From assembly GCA_964247055.1 (NCBI GenBank), contig OZ176054.1, positions 12,958,001-13,022,000 of the forward strand: a stretch of DNA of 64,000 nt. Reading direction: 5' to 3'. The notes under the pieces were generated by a model. That model saw nothing but the letters and a program-made list of their open reading frames with translations, searched no databases and was not told the origin of the DNA. Below, piece after piece: positions 25,101 through 40,604 of this stretch (positions within the stretch are counted from its first letter, which is position 1; each line of letters starts with the position of its first letter). Position numbers and translations under genes: made by a program. Source of the stretch: Paragordius varius (Eukaryota > Animalia > Nematomorpha).

Positions 25101-26277
25101 TGATGCAAATCAATTATTGGCAACAAATCCTAAACGGTTTCAGCGGGTGGTTTGTCAAAGTTTGATACAGCAAGTCACGCATATCAATAAGTTCTTAATT
25201 TATATAAATATATTTATCGAATTGGAATAATTATAAGACTTTTATTTTTATAGATTGACAGAGATGACTGGGTTAATATTTTTTGATTATGGCAATGCAT
25301 TTTTGCTTGAAGCTGCAAAAGCTTGACCACCAATTTACAAAAATAGCGATATAGAATGCAATAATTTGGGAGAAATAAATCAAATTGGCGATTCAGTTGA
25401 ACGGATATATAGATACCCATCGTACGTGGAAAATGTAATGGGTGAAATTTTCGCATTTGGATTTGGGCCTTTTCGTTGGGTATGTATGAGCCAGGATCCG
25501 AAAGATCTTGCTTATACCGATAAACTTGCGCTTTCCATCCTTAAGGAGATTGCGACAGAACTAGATTCTAAAATATTTGACTGCCAACAAAAACAAGAGC
25601 AGAGTCGCAGCAAAGTTGAACTTTATGCCCGAATAAAATCTTACTATGTCGATAATTGCTTTTGGATGGAACACATCATTTCTCAACCCGGTGTGGGATA
25701 CCTCACTGTAGGATCCCTGGCCCGGATCCTTTATTCAGACGTTCAAGGGCGAATACGACTGGCTTGTGCCTTTAATAAGGCCATCGCATATGGACACATA
25801 ACGCAACCGATTGTGTGTAGTCGAGACCATCATGATGTTTCGGGGGCTGATAGCCCTTGGCGAGAAACAGCTAACGTTCGAGACGGTTCCAACATGTGCA
25901 TAGACATGTCCATTCAAAATGTCTTGGGAAACGCGGCCAGAGGTTCAACTTGGGTAGCCCTTCACAATGGCGGTGGGGTTGGTTGGAACCGAGCAAGCAA
26001 TAATGGATTAGGCCTTGTGCTAGATGGATAACCGGAAACGGAACAACGCATAAAGAATGTTATGATGTGGGATGTATTGAATGGTATGGTACGGAGATGT
26101 TGGTCTAATGCTTATAATTATAGCAACAATGAAATCGATTCTCTCTCCGGAAAACGTGGGACATCATTGCCCTTAGGTGAGAAAACGACGTATTACAATG
26201 ATCTCATAAAGAGTTATTTGCAAGAAATTCAAACGGATATCAAGGGCCTAAAAATAACTTTACCCTTTGGTGAATAA
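22194..26277 (+). pseudogene. UROC1: Urocanate hydratase copy C, 5'-truncated (exons 4-9 only), multiple lesions
   Basis: Begins inside intron 3. 1-nt deletion near 24590, 4-nt deletion near 24890, GGA>TGA at 25324-25326, CAA>TAA at 26029-26031. Confidence 0.93.
22924..24038. mobile_element. ~1.1-kb non-coding Tc1-like insertion in urocanase C intron 5
   Basis: Absent from the other copies. Ends are CACTAGTCGACAA and TTGTTGAGCAGTG (imperfect inverted repeat). TA on the left only; no transposase ORF. Confidence 0.45.
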
Positions 26278-26453
26278 ATTAGATGAAACTTTATTCAAAA
26301 GGATATATGTCTATTTATTTGTTACAATATATATTATATATGATAAAATTAATTGCCATATTAGTATAAATACTTTGATGTCATCTATGTGTGTTTAAAT
26401 AATTGACTATTATAATTTTTGTCAAAACAATTACAGATACTTCCTTTATAAGA

Positions 26454-27414
26454 TTATGTTTTATTGTCGAAGTGACAATTGTCATATTTGGAATTTTGGC
26501 GGGCGACATATTTTTCGAATTGGAGTTTCCAATCAACTATATATTTTGTTTTCCAGTCATTGAAGTGTGCTTTCCATTGTATTTCTAGATCACTAAGATC
26601 TTCTATTTGCAAAAATATATTAGTTAAAAAAACATATTGTTTAAAAATATCGACTTACGCGTAGCTAAAGCAAGATCGGGCATGAATTCATTCCAAAATG
26701 CGCACTCTTTAATACGCGGACCTCGACCAACGTCAAATGCATCGATTGCAATATTCAAATATTCTCTATTATGGGCAGTGTGGATTGGCCATTGTATATC
26801 GGACCAGGTTCCATCATCATTTATGTTTGAATTTCTATTTTTTGCAGAAAAAAAGAAGGATAATTGAAAATCTTGTTTAAAAATATATAAATTAATATTA
26901 AATGTGTGAATATTCATGTTGTCAAAATATTATTTTACCCAGTTTTGGCAGAATTGGTCCAGAATCGCATCATGAGCCAGCTTAGTTCAATTTCTTTGGG
27001 TTTATATCCCTTTGAAGAATCTAACGGTTCCCCAAATATATAATTGATTTCATCAGCATGCATGACGCCCATCCAAGAGGGCCAGGGGTGAGTCGATGAT
27101 CTGTGAGGATAATAGTATTTAAACACATTTGCACCAGATTGGGCGTAGATGAAGGCGCCCATATTGACCCCACAGGTAAAGTAATAATCACCGACACTTT
27201 TGTCGAACGCATCTAACATTTTCTTGGGGTCTGAGGGATCCTCCCAATGCGTATACTCATAAAGTATGGCTTTTCGACCAATTTGATTGAATTGCGGAAA
27301 TAATTCGGGTAAGGCTTTAGCAAAAGCGTGTCGATCAACGGTAACCGCCTTTTCTAACGGGATAAAAAGATTCGTTAGCTGATAAATGTTAAAATATGTG
27401 CCCTCGTCGAAATT
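26454..27414 (-). pseudogene. ACHE: Acetylcholinesterase 3' fragment, unit C, open in all three exons (27414-26939, 26834-26659, 26602-26454)
   Basis: Reads NFDEGTYFNIY...GVMHADEI...AKTG|NSN...CAFW...LAT|QDLSDLEIQW...DNKT* with intact GT-AG sites. It has the catalytic Glu and His but no Ser-containing N-terminal half. An in-frame TAA lies immediately 5' of NFDEG. Confidence 0.85.
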
Positions 27415-28234
27415 TTATATGGGTCTCGGCAACTCAGAGATTTTATGTTAAAATTAAATCTTATATTTCAAAAAGTAGTTTTTATATCATTTAAAGCGTT
27501 TTTAATATTCCTTGTCCGTATTTGAGATTAATAAATTAGAATTAAGTAAGAATGCAAATGTTTTTTTAATTATCTAATAATATCTATATATGATAACACA
27601 AAGGAACATCTATATTAAATAAATTCATTCTCTGTAATATTCGATAATTATTTTTAACAAAAAAAAAGAATTATTATACAATAAATAAATTTTGGCATTG
27701 TGGTGCACATTTCTTATTTATAGTAGCGTATGGCATTAAACAATAGTAGACCATAAAAGAATAAAAAATGTTTTAAAAAAACAAAGGAATATTTATAGTT
27801 TATTTAATTAGGGTTGTTTATTAAAAAACATTCTTTTATTCTTTTATGACTAATAATGTTTTATGCCATACGCTACTGTATTTATGCACAACATTACATA
27901 TGCGCTCAAGAATTATATTTTTTGTATTTGTTAAATATGGCACGTGTGGGTCTTTTGATATATTTCATTTTTTTACCTGTACATTTTTTTAATAAGACGT
28001 CTGGAATAAAATATTATTGATTATCAATTTAGAAGTCATTGAGTTATCAATAAAAGTTATAAAATCAAAATATATCTATACATTGTTTTTACACACCTGT
28101 TTCAATATAAAGTGTCTATTTATGACTTGGTGTTAAAATTATAATATAAATCTTTCAAAATCAAATATTTTTAAACAATGATTTTATTTATTTAATTACA
28201 TCACAGAATAGAGGGCATGAAATGGATTGATTTG

Positions 28235-31200
28235 TCAATCATTAGAGTTTTGTGGCCTAAAACATATACATAAATTTGTCATGAAGGGTGATGTGTTTGA
28301 TTTGGTTTTCGATTTTTTGACATTTTTATTGTGGTTTTCTCCAAATTGATGTTTGGAGCCTTCTGGAGAAGTCTTGAATTTAACGCGTGATCCAATATTA
28401 TCTTCTTGACTATAAATAAAAAATTATTACAAAAGTAGAGATCGCAACCGTCATGAACCAATACACGGTTTTAGGATTTTAAAATATAGCTTTATTCTTT
28501 ATTCAATATTTTTTTGGATTTTCACATATAGCTTTCTTTTTATTATGTTACATGGTATGAACATAGGGTATAAATTGAGATTATACGGACAAAACGTAAA
28601 AAATATTCTTTTACAAAAGACCGCTGTACTTTTTAAAACTTGATTTTTTAATATATACATATATTTATATACATCATTGGTTTAAATCGAAAGTATGAAG
28701 TAAAGATGTAAAATGGAAACAAAAGAAATAATAAATTAAATTGTATTAATTTTTTTATTAATACTTTGATTCGAATTGGGGCATCTAAATACCCAAACTG
28801 TAATTAAGTTGTTTTAAAGGACAACTATATCAATTAAAATTGCTTCTAATAAAAATATATACAACCATATATATATATATATATAATATATATAATATAT
28901 ATATATTTTAGCATTAATACGACGACATTTTTATTTTAAAACATTTTGCAAAATATCCTGTTTATTTAATTTTAATACTAAAATAAAAGTTAATTATTTT
29001 ATTTAAATCACATATAACATTGATACAAACAGAAAAATTGTTTTAATTTTTTAAATTAAGAAGGCACACATGACATGGTGACTAAATTTTTCCTTTGGCT
29101 TTTACCTTAAAATAAGTAGTATAAAATAAGAATGATTTTTTTTGTATTTATCGGTTTATTAATGCTATATAAGTGCAAACTTTTTCCATGGTTCCAATTC
29201 CTTCCATATTTTTCGTATATAATTTTAAACAGGCCTGGAGTATCCTACGACTTAAATTGAAACGAAGGACTGAATTGAAGGTGTATTCAAGTAATAATAT
29301 TAAAAACAATTTAGTTGATTTCTAAAATGTACTTTAATTTTATATTTTATTAAGGTTAAAAAAATATGATTGTCTTTTCACTAAAAATTCCTTATAATTT
29401 TACGTTTTGTGTGTATCAATTTTTACTGTATATTTCTAAATATAAATAATTGAACCATAGCAAAAACTATTCCGAATCCCATAAATCCCACTTTCCAATC
29501 TCAGTATAAAAATCAAATAATAGTAATAAAATTTTGAAATGACTTTAATGAGTTTCAATAAGGAAATTTTATTTTCCTTAAACTTATATTCAACTAAATG
29601 CCATTTTACTAGTGTATCCTTTAGATCAAATAAGAGGTGAATTGCTAAATATTAACTTATTGTCCATATAAAATATAAAGATAAGAATTCAAATCATTAT
29701 AAATGATTCCTATTTTCTCCATACTCTTATTTTACAATATTCACGTCCATTTAGATCAATTTTAATTAAAACTAATCCCCTTTACAAAATATTAGCATTT
29801 ATATATATGTCCGTACCTTACAAGCTCATCACTTTTCATGGGGTTGTAGGAGGGAAACCCAGATTCGAGTCCACCCACACTCCGATCTAACATAACAGCT
29901 CTTGAAGTGAAATCTTCAAATCCGGATTCTTCTTTAGCATGCATTTTCTGTTGCTGTTGTTGCCTTTTATTGGCAAAAAAATCCATGTAATTTTCATCAT
30001 GTCCAACCATATTGTTGTCTACATTATTCATGTTTCCGATTAAATTTTTATTTGCAGGTGTTACTGGCCATGCTAAATCACTCGATGCCGATTGACGTAT
30101 TCGTTTTTCATCTAAACCCTGTTTTTGTTTTATAATTTCAAATGAATATCTTAAGAAAGGATATTTAAATTTCCTCTTAATTATTCAGCAAATATTTTTT
30201 CAATAAAATAATGTGAATTTTTTAGGCGGAAAGGCTATGTTAGTTGGAAATCGGTAGAGATAGGTTAGCCTATTAGTTATTACATTAGATATATTAGTAT
30301 ACCCTAGTTACAACAAAGACCATTAAGTTGCAGGTTTTAATGATTAAAAATAGAAAAAATATATTCAAAGGGCTTCGAACCGGAACCACATGGAATCACC
30401 CGGGGCCTGACTTTTCAACAGTAAGAGGTTTTGTTGAGGTCAGGAACGCGGTTTTGTTTTTAAATTCTAATTCCACTTTTTTGAACAGATTCGAAGCCCT
30501 GATTAAAGACATTTTTTAGCTTACCACATTTTGCATATTCTGTTTCACATCATCGGTATAGTAATAGGCGGAAGAAGAAATGTTTGATGGTTTTGATTCC
30601 ATATTGGTTGTCGATATTTCCGGCGAGGGTGGCAATTTACCTGTCCAATCAAACATGTAATCATATTCCCAACCATAATTTTGCAATAATGTTTCAAATA
30701 ACTGTTTAAGGTAGGCATAATCTGGCGTTTCGACAAAATCAAGGCCCCTGGCATAACGAACCAAAATTTTGAATTCTTCGGGCAAACCCGAACATAGTGT
30801 ATCCGGATCAATATCCCTTTTCATTTCAGCAATCTTACGGTACTTTTGTTTGGAGGATTCGGTTTTGATTAACTTTAAGCCTGGACTTGTGGATATTGCA
30901 TCAAAAATATATTATAGATTTTGGATAAATTTTACAGTAAAAATTGAAATTATACGGACAAAACCTAAAAATATAAAGATAAATATTTTTTTTAAAAGAC
31001 AACCACTTTTTTTCTAATCTTGAATTTGTAAATTTTATAATAATTGTTAAAGATTGCAAGGTATGATATAGAAATATATATTAATAACACAATTAATTAC
31101 ATATTTTATATTTTGTGTGTAAATAATTTATAAAATTTATGGATATAAAAAAGAATGGTTGTTATTTTTACATTTTGTCCGTATAATTTCAGTTTTAACT

Positions 31201-32811
31201 GTATATGAATAAATATTTACCTTGCCAAGGCAAGGAACCCTTTAGAAAATATAGAAACATATATGCAAGTCCTTCAAGATCATCCCTTCGACTCTGTTCT
31301 ATTCCAAAATGAGTATTAACAGACATATATCGGGCAGTTCCAGTCAAGGGTTTCTGTTCACGGTACTTTATGTGTTTACCTGATATATGATTAGAGCTGA
31401 TAATAAAATTTAAATTTTTATTTCAGTAAAAAGTTACAGTAAAAAATGATATTATAAAAAACGTAAAAATATAAGAACAAATATATATTTCAAAAGACAA
31501 CCATACTTTTTTAAACCGTGATTTTTCCCATAAAAACTATTATTTATTTTAAAAGACAACCATACTCTTTTAAATTGTGATTTTTCCCACATAAACTATT
31601 AAATTTATATAAAACAATAACTGTGTATCCAATTTACATGCCTATTTCAGATTTTGTGGTTTTTAAAACAATGAGTCATATTTAAATAGGGAAGCTTGGT
31701 TATTTTTTTTTAAATTATGTTTTGTCCGCATAACCTATTTCACTTTTACTGTAAATTTTGTATATTAGCTGCATACCATTTTTATCGATATATTCTTTAG
31801 CTAATCCAAAATCAACGACCCATATAATTGCTTCAGTTCCGTTAGCCCGTTTCCCAATCAAAAAGTTTTCGGGTTTCACATCCCGATAAACTAACCCATA
31901 GTAATGTATGAATTCGATTCGATTTATCAATTGTATAGCAATCATAATCACCGTTTTAAGACTAAATTGTTTATTGCAATACAGAAATAGGTCTTGAAGA
32001 CTGGGTCCCAACAAGTCCATCACCATAACGCGATAGGAACCACAGTGACCAAAATAATATACGCGGGGTATGCCTTCGGCATATATCCCATACCTAAGAA
32101 TAGAAATTGTTGAGAACGACAAAAAAACAGTCTAAATTACAGTAAAAATAAATTAGAAAAACAAAGAATATACTATAAAAGACTACCAACCGCCATACTT
32201 TTCTTTAGTTTTATAAATACTTATAGTTTTGGGCAGTGAAATTGGAATAGAAATGTAAATTAGTAACACTCTCAATTATATATGAAAATATTGACAATTA
32301 AACTTTATAGCAAATACTAAGGCTTAAAACATATGCCTGTCTTTACAAAAAAATATTTTTCTTTTTTTACGTTTTATCACTATATTTTTTATTTTTTAAA
32401 GTGAATAGAAAAACCGAAATTTCAATTTTACTATCAGACACTTAGTTAAATAATCTACCTTTCATCCTGGTGCAGTCGACTGTACAATTCATATTCCCGT
32501 TTTAGTTGAGGGATTTCCGCATTTCCAGCCTCAATCTTTATGGCAGCTAAAGTGTTTGTAGCTATTTGGATACAATATCGCAATTCACCGAACGTACCCG
32601 ATCCAATGTGCTGAGCTATTTGATATAAACTTGGGTTATTTTTTATGTTGGCGCCGTTTGATTTGGAAAAACGATCAACACCAACTATACGACCCTGTAA
32701 TTTGTCTTTCCCGCCCCCATGGTGAGTTTCGGAGGAATTGATATCAACGCTATTATTGGAAGGCTTCACCCCTATGTTGTAATAAGGGTCTTCAGTTTTC
32801 CCGGGACTCAT
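28235..32811 (-). CDS. CSNK1G: Casein kinase 1 gamma (gilgamesh-like) copy 2, apparently intact, 553 aa (exons 32811-32459, 32093-31777, 31379-31221, 30880-30525, 30118-29817, 28409-28235)
   Basis: Exon lengths 353+317+159+356+302+175 = 1662 nt, open frame, all GT-AG. Full CK1 kinase motifs and C-terminal [12 protein letters not shown]. Confidence 0.9.
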
Positions 32812-33367
32812 GATTAGAAATATTAAATTAGATATCGATTACACATTAGGGTTCAAGTTTATGAATCTTATTTCAAAATATTTCATTTTCTTAAACAGAA
32901 AACTTAGGGGCCCGAAAAATAGGTTTTTTGCCAAATGAAAAATTAATTATAATATTACTAATAAAAATCACACTAATATCAGTTATAGTAAAAAAGAAAT
33001 CATTTAATTTAACAATAATGCTATGCCGCGGTTTTAACAATCACGTAAATTTGATTTTGTGATATATAATCTTTATTATGTATATTATTTTCTTATATTT
33101 ATTTTGGATTTGATATTTTCACTTATATTTATTAGCGTATCTTTATATTCATAAAAATTGATCATATAGGTAGACCTTAACCTTCTTATTTATTTATATA
33201 TCAATGAATATAAATAGTTACTTTTTCATTTGTGTAATGTATGAAAAAATAAGTATATATAAAACAATATATTTTGGGTAATTGGTATTCTTTTGAAAAT
33301 TATGGTTAGCTCCAAAGGTAATTCCAAAAAACTAATTCTTTTAAATTACAAATCGCTCATAATCCGG

Positions 33368-33406
<39 letters not shown>

Positions 33407-34846
33407 ATTTATCTTTTGATATAATAATGTATCATGATTATGGCGCTTTTAGTTTGGTTACGAGTTATTTAACAGAGTGTATGATTTTTTTCATACCCAA
33501 AATTAAAAATCGAAAATTTCACACAAATTATGTTATCCACATATTAAATAATAGTAGAAAAAATTGGAGGTTCTACCAACACAAAAGAGCTATGATGGCC
33601 TGGTATAAGTTTTTTTGTATAATTAAGTAATTTTTTATATTACTTTGCCGTGAAAATAATTTAGCAATAAATCAGCTTATGAATTTGGAAATTAAACTCG
33701 GCATATATGGGTAGAATGTGAGGAAACTTTACATCATATACATTTTTTCATACACTTTAACATCGCTATAGTATATTCGTTTCTATTCTTTACAAAAATA
33801 ATAAATAATCCTTTTACAATGTGAGTAAGAACAACAAAAAAAGTGATACTTGCCTAACATTTTTATTTCGTGCCTCAAAATGCGAAACATGAAATGAAGT
33901 TGAAAAAGAGAGGTGTGGTTTCAAAAAAATTGTTTTAACCTAATTTGATTACTAATCTAATAGGTGATAAGTAATATAATAAATTTCCGTATAATTATTT
34001 TATCACATACATTACATAATGGTTAATCACTAGGAGTTGAATCGAGCATCATAGCGCAAACGGTAAAATATCAAATTAAAATTTGAAAAAGAAAAAGAGT
34101 TATATATTTGATATATCCCTGCTTGAGCTAGCCCACATGAAGAAAAAAGAAATTTTTAACAACATAAAAGGTGTGGATAAATTAAGCTATTAAATGAGAA
34201 AATTTCATCCAATTTCAAAGGATTCGGACATAATAGTTTTCGATCAATTGTCATCGCCCAATTCAATAGGGCTAATTTTTTTCAAGGCAGTCTCTATCTA
34301 AAAGGTCAAATTATATTAGAAAATCATCATATTTATAAGCGATCTACATTTACACTCACTTAATAACGCAATTTAATTTGGACAATTAATACTTAAACCG
34401 AGGCCCGTGAGCGGCATACGGCCCTAAAAGTGCTTTTTTATGTGAATTAATATTTTTGCATCTATAAATGTCTACAAATATGTCAAGCAGCTATAAATTT
34501 TATCGGTATGAATGTAGAGTAAGCGGCCTTTGAGACAAGATAAATATTTTTTTCGGCCCTCTAAATTATTTGGTGATTTTACTGATTTAGAAGTTATCCG
34601 ATGAAATATTGTTTTTGTATTAATTTTACACCAAGAACAAAAATCATCAATCACCATCATATATCCGACTGAATATATCAATTATAGTTGGTAAATTGCT
34701 AATCAAGGAATTACATTATTCATTTTTCTATATGGTTAACTTATACTAACTATGACCTTTAACATATTATCCATATGGCAGTTATTTAAAATAAGTCTAT
34801 TAAAATATAATAATTAAAACTTTTTTTTACAATTTTTTATGAGAAA

Positions 34847-37800
34847 ATGGCCGAATACTCAAAATTTATTAGTGCCGGGATTCCATTAAATCTTCTTCCG
34901 CCTCCATATAATGAAAAATCCTTATCAGCTGATATTCTTAGAGCCCCTTTTCGAAACAATGGACTAACAAAACGAGAAAAAACGGTTTGAATTTTATTTT
35001 GGACTAACTTTTGAAATTTGGAGAATTTGTTTTAAATATTTTTGGGGTTTTTAAAAATTTGTTTTATCGATATTAAGTAAATTTAATTATTTTGAAATCG
35101 TAATGGATTTTTTAAGAAAACCAATTTAAAAAACATTTACTCCAAAATCCTGCTAGCTCTTCAAAGAGTACATGTGATTTTTCTGTCCGAAATATTTAAT
35201 GGTAGAATCTACCTCCTATTTTTGCCTTTAATATTTTTATTTTTTAAATTATAAAACATGAAAATAATGTTATAATGCATAAATCTGCGACCAGTATTGT
35301 TAATTCCGATTCAATTTTATAACAACGGACATAATTTGTGCAATTAATTTAGCAGCTATTTGTCTGACGGTCCGCATAACAAGAAACACTCAAAAGCTTT
35401 AAATTTATTATTTTTTAAAACCTTGTTGTTGATAAATTATGTGGGCCAGGTATAAAAGTTTTAATTTTACTGACCCTTGATTCGGTTAGTGTGACTTATT
35501 TACTACCCCTCATATAATAATTAAGCATTTACATACACAAAATATCGGATATACCCAATTCAAAATTAAAATAAAATTATATGCACCAACTATCCTTAAA
35601 TGCTGTTTGTACATATTTTTTAATGGGTAAACTTAATAAGAGGTTTTAACAATTAGAGAATATTAATTCGGCCTTAAATATAGCCCGCCAAAGGAATTAT
35701 TTTTTCCCCTAACCATTTATATTTCCAAACTGTCCACCACCGATTATTTTATTATTGTATTTTTTTACATATAGTTGGCAGTTAAAAATGTTCTACGATA
35801 TTTTCCCGTTTCTTTCCATGACACGCTTGCCCCTGAATTTATGGAAGAACTTGAAAACAGAGGCCATATATATGCTTATCGATTTAAACCTCAGATTAAA
35901 ATGAAGTTTTTTATATATTCCTATCCTTTAAACATTTTTATAACGTATTTTCTAATAATTCAATTTTCTTAATATCGCTTAGTAAAAAATTAAAAAAGTA
36001 CAGTAAAAATTGAAACTATACGGACAAAACGTAAAAATATAAAGACAATTTTTTTCTAAAAGTACTTTTTAAAACCTTAATGTTTCCCATATAAGTTAAT
36101 TAGTTACTTGTAAAATATATTGATTGTGTTATTATTTTATATTACTCTACACACTTTGCCATTTAAAACAATGAGTTATGTATATTGAAATAAATCAAGA
36201 TTTAAAAAGTATGGTTTGTCTTTTGTGGAAAAAAATATTTGTCGCTATATTTTTACATTTCGTCCGTATAATTTCAATTTTTACTGTATTTGTAGTTCTT
36301 TAATATATATTTGATAGAGCTTATCCTATTCAAGAATACCCAGGGAAATTGTTGGAATGCAAAGCTATCATGGCAATGATAATGAACAATTTGGATCCTG
36401 ATGTAGCTCAGTTCCCTGAAGAGTTGGTCACCTATGGGTCCAACGGTCAAGTTTTCAGTAATTGGATTCAAGTATTTTACCAATTTCTGAACATATTTTC
36501 CAACTACTTTGTACCGCATTTTGCAATTTTAAGCATACCATATTTATCAAACACACTGTGTTTTCTACTAATTCTAAATTATAAAAAGCAATTTTTTGTT
36601 GGTTATAATGTAGGCATCTTATGTATTGTTTTTCTCAATTATTTTAAACCATAATTTATATGTTAAAAAAGGTGAATTATTTTCAAACTAATTTAAACTA
36701 TCAATAAATTTTTTTCGATTATCCATACACTATGAAAAAATCCGTAAATAATATACAGATGTTATTACAGTAAAAATTGAAATTATAAGGACAAAATCTA
36801 AAACATAAAGACAAATTTTTTCAAAATACAACTATACTTTTTTAAGTCATAATATATCCTACAAAAACATTTGATTACAATCGTAAAATACATAATTGAT
36901 TGTGTTACCAATTGACATTTCTAAATGATACTTTGTAGTTTAAAACAATGAGTTACATTTAAAAAAATCAACATTCAAAAAAGAATAAAAAAAATATTTG
37001 ACTTTATATTTTCAAGTTTTGTCCGTATAAATTCCATTTTTATTGTATATATAATATTCGTGAATTTTTTTCCACAGTTCTTATTAACCATGAAATATTT
37101 GTGTGAAATGGACAATTATCAAACTTTAGTGCTATGTTCAGGACATCCGCACGGTTTATTCCCAAACATTTGGAATTATGGCACATGTAAAAAAACCGGG
37201 AAAATAGGTAAATTCTTTTATAAAATTGATAAAAATTCAATTTTTTGATCATTTGAGAATTGTAAACGTATACTATTTTAAAACTCATGCTAACATAAAG
37301 AAATACAGCCAAGTTATCCGCGTTTGATTATTACAAACGGCTTGGTTTTACCAACATGTCAGGAATCAGAAAAGCAGCTTGATAGAGCCTACGTGTCAGA
37401 TTACGAGCGATTATTTGGTTTGAATGTTAGCCAATATGGACAAATGACAGCAGGGAGTTTTTGTTACATTGGACCTCAGGGTATAGTCCATGGTACAACA
37501 CTAACTTTGCTAAATATAGCTCGAGCGAATTTTGGCGTTGAGCATGTGACTGATATGGTGGGTAAGGTAATACATAATACAATATGGGGTTATTAAAATA
37601 TGTTTCAAGTGGGTATTGGAACTGGAATTATTTTGGGGGTGTTTAAGAGAAATATTTTACAAATGGTCCTAAAATAAAAAGTTTTTTTGAATTTTTATCA
37701 TTAAATTTTTTAACTTAATATTAGTATTTGTTTTATTTCATTCAAAAAGCAATAGTATATTGTTGTAGATAATATAGAGATGCAAATATTCTGGCTTAAA

Positions 37801-40065
37801 TTATACAGTAAAAACTGGAATTATACGGACAAAATGTAAAAATATAAAGATAAATATTTTTTTCTAAAAGAAATTATACCTTTTTAAACTCCATTTTAAA
37901 AAATTTACCTCATTGTTTCAAATTACAATTCATTAAATTTGGTGACACAATCAATTCTATATATAACAATTGTAATTAAATAGTCTATATGAAAAAAATT
38001 AAGGTTGGAAAAAGTATGGTTGTCTTTTAGAAAAAAATATTTGTCGTTATATTTTTACATTTTGTCCTATAATTTCAGTTTTTACTGTATTTTTGCAGCT
38101 ATTTATTCAGATTCCTATCAAAAAGTTGTCGAAATACAAAAACGGTTTGACCATAACTTTAAAAATCAAAACCATTTATAACCATTGCCCACATATGTTT
38201 AGTCGAAGACATAAATAATTTAACATAAACTAACGCCAAAAATGATTTCAGGTTCCAATTCCTTTAAATTTTCCAATGTATTGCATAAAAATGAAATAGC
38301 TTTTTATGAAAAAAAAAATCTTTAGGTATTTGTGTCAAGCGGATTGGGAGGAATGAGTGGAGCTCAAGCTAAGGCTTGCAAAATCTTGTCATGTTTCGGG
38401 CTTATTGCTGAAGTAAAATTTATTGCCCCTTAAAAATATATATATTTATATATCATGATAAGTAAACTTACCAAAATTTTAGTCATTTAGTAGATGTTGT
38501 ATGACTCTTGAGGTAAAATTTATTTTATTAACAATATTTATTAGATAAATAGTGTGACAGCGCAAAAAAGATTGAATCAAGGATGGTTGGATGAAGTTAG
38601 CGATAACTTGGATTACTGTATTAACCAAATACGCCAGTATAAACGGGATCTTATTAGCAAATCTATAGCATACTGTGGAAACATTGTGGATCTCTGGTAG
38701 AATGGAAAATTTACTATTTTATGGACCTTACATACATTCATTTTTGTTTAGTTGAAAAATATTTAGGGCAAAATTGGCAGAAATATATGAGGAAACCGGT
38801 GAAAAATTAGTCGATTTTGGTTCTGACCAAACCTCTCTTCATAATCCCTACAATGGTGGATACTATCCGGTCGGTTATAGTTGGTTCGAGGCGAATCAGC
38901 TATTAGCGACAAATCCTGAACGGTTTCAACGAGAAGTTTGTCAAAGTTTGATACAGCAAGTCACGCATATCAATAAATTTTTCCTAAATTTATATAAATA
39001 TATTTATCTTAAAATATATTATGACACTGTTTTTATAGATTGACAGAAATGACTGGGTTAATATTTTTTGATTATGGCAATGCTTTTTTGCTTGAAGCTG
39101 CAAAAGCTGGAGCACCTATACACAAAAATAGCGATATAGCATGCAATAATTTGGAAGAAACAAATCAAATTGGCGATTCAGTTGAACGGATATATAGATA
39201 CCCATCCTACGTGGAAAATGTAATGGGTGAAATTTTTGCATTTGGGTTTGGGCCTTTTCGTTGGGTATGTATGAGCCAGGATCCGAAAGATCTTGCTTAT
39301 ACCGATAAACTTGCGCTTTCCATCCTTAGGGAGATTGCGACTGAACTAGACTCTAAAATATTTCAATGCCAACAAGAACAAGAGCAGAGTCGGAGCAAAA
39401 TTGAACTTTATGCCCGAATAAAATCTTACTATGTCGATAATTGCTTTTGGATGGAACACATCATTTCTCAACCCGGTGTAGTTGGATATCTCACTGTAGG
39501 ATCTCTGGCCCGGATCCTTTATTCAGATGTTCAAGGGCGAATACGACTGGCTTGTGCCTTCAATAAGGCCATCGCAGATGGACATATAACGCAACCGATT
39601 GTGTGTAGTCGAGACCATCATGACGTTTCGGGGGCTGATAGCCCTTGGCGGGAAACAGCTAACGTTCGAGACGGTTCCAACATGTGCATAGACATGTCCA
39701 TTCAAAATGTCTTGGGAAACGCGGCCAGAGGAGCAACTTAGGTTGCCCTTCACAATGGCGGAGGGGTTGGTTGGAACCGTGCAAGCAATAATGGATTAGG
39801 TCTTGTGCTAGATGGACAACCGGAGACCGAACAACGCATAAAGAATGTTATGATGTGGGATGTATTGAATGGTATGGTACGGAGATGTTGGTCTAATGCT
39901 TATAATTATAGCAACAATGAAATTGATATTCTCTCCGAAAAACGTTGGAAATCATTGCCCTTAAGTGAGAAAACGACGTATTACAATGATCTTATAAAGA
40001 GTTATTTGCAAGAACTTCAAACGGATATCATAGGCTTAAAAGTAACTTTACCTTTTGGTGAATAA
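34847..40065 (+). pseudogene. UROC1: Urocanate hydratase copy D (exons 34847-34984, 35775-35905, 36318-36471, 37078-37207, 37301-37566, 38326-38412, 38545-38696, 38767-38976, 39039-40065)
   Basis: TGG>TAG at 39739-39741 in the conserved ATWVALHNGGG motif; the intron-8 donor GT reads AT at 38977-38978. Confidence 0.92.
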
Positions 40066-40604
40066 ATTAGAGGAAACTTTATTCAAAAAATATGTCTATT
40101 TATTTGTTTGTTACAATATATATTATATACGATAATAATTAATTGCCATATTAGTATAAATACTTTGATGTCATCTATCTATGTGTGTTTAAATAATTGA
40201 CTATAGTTTATATACTTTTTGCCAAAACAATCACAGATACCTCCTTGATAAGATTATGTTTTATTGTCGAAATGACAATTGTCATATTTGGAATTTTGGC
40301 GTGCGACATATTTTTCGAATTGGAGTTTCCAATCAACTATATATTTTGTTTTCCAGTCATTGAAGTGTGCTTTCCATTGGATTTCTAGATCACTAAGATT
40401 TTCTATTGGCAAAAATATATTAGTTAAAAAACATATTGACTAAAAATATCAAACGAAACGGTCAATCGAATCTGGTTTTATAAAAATATCGACTTACGTG
40501 TAGCTAAAGCAAGGTCGGGCATGAATTCATTCCAAAATGCGCACTCTTTAATACGCGGACCTCGACCAACGTCAAATGCATCGATTGCAATATTCAAATA
40601 TTCC

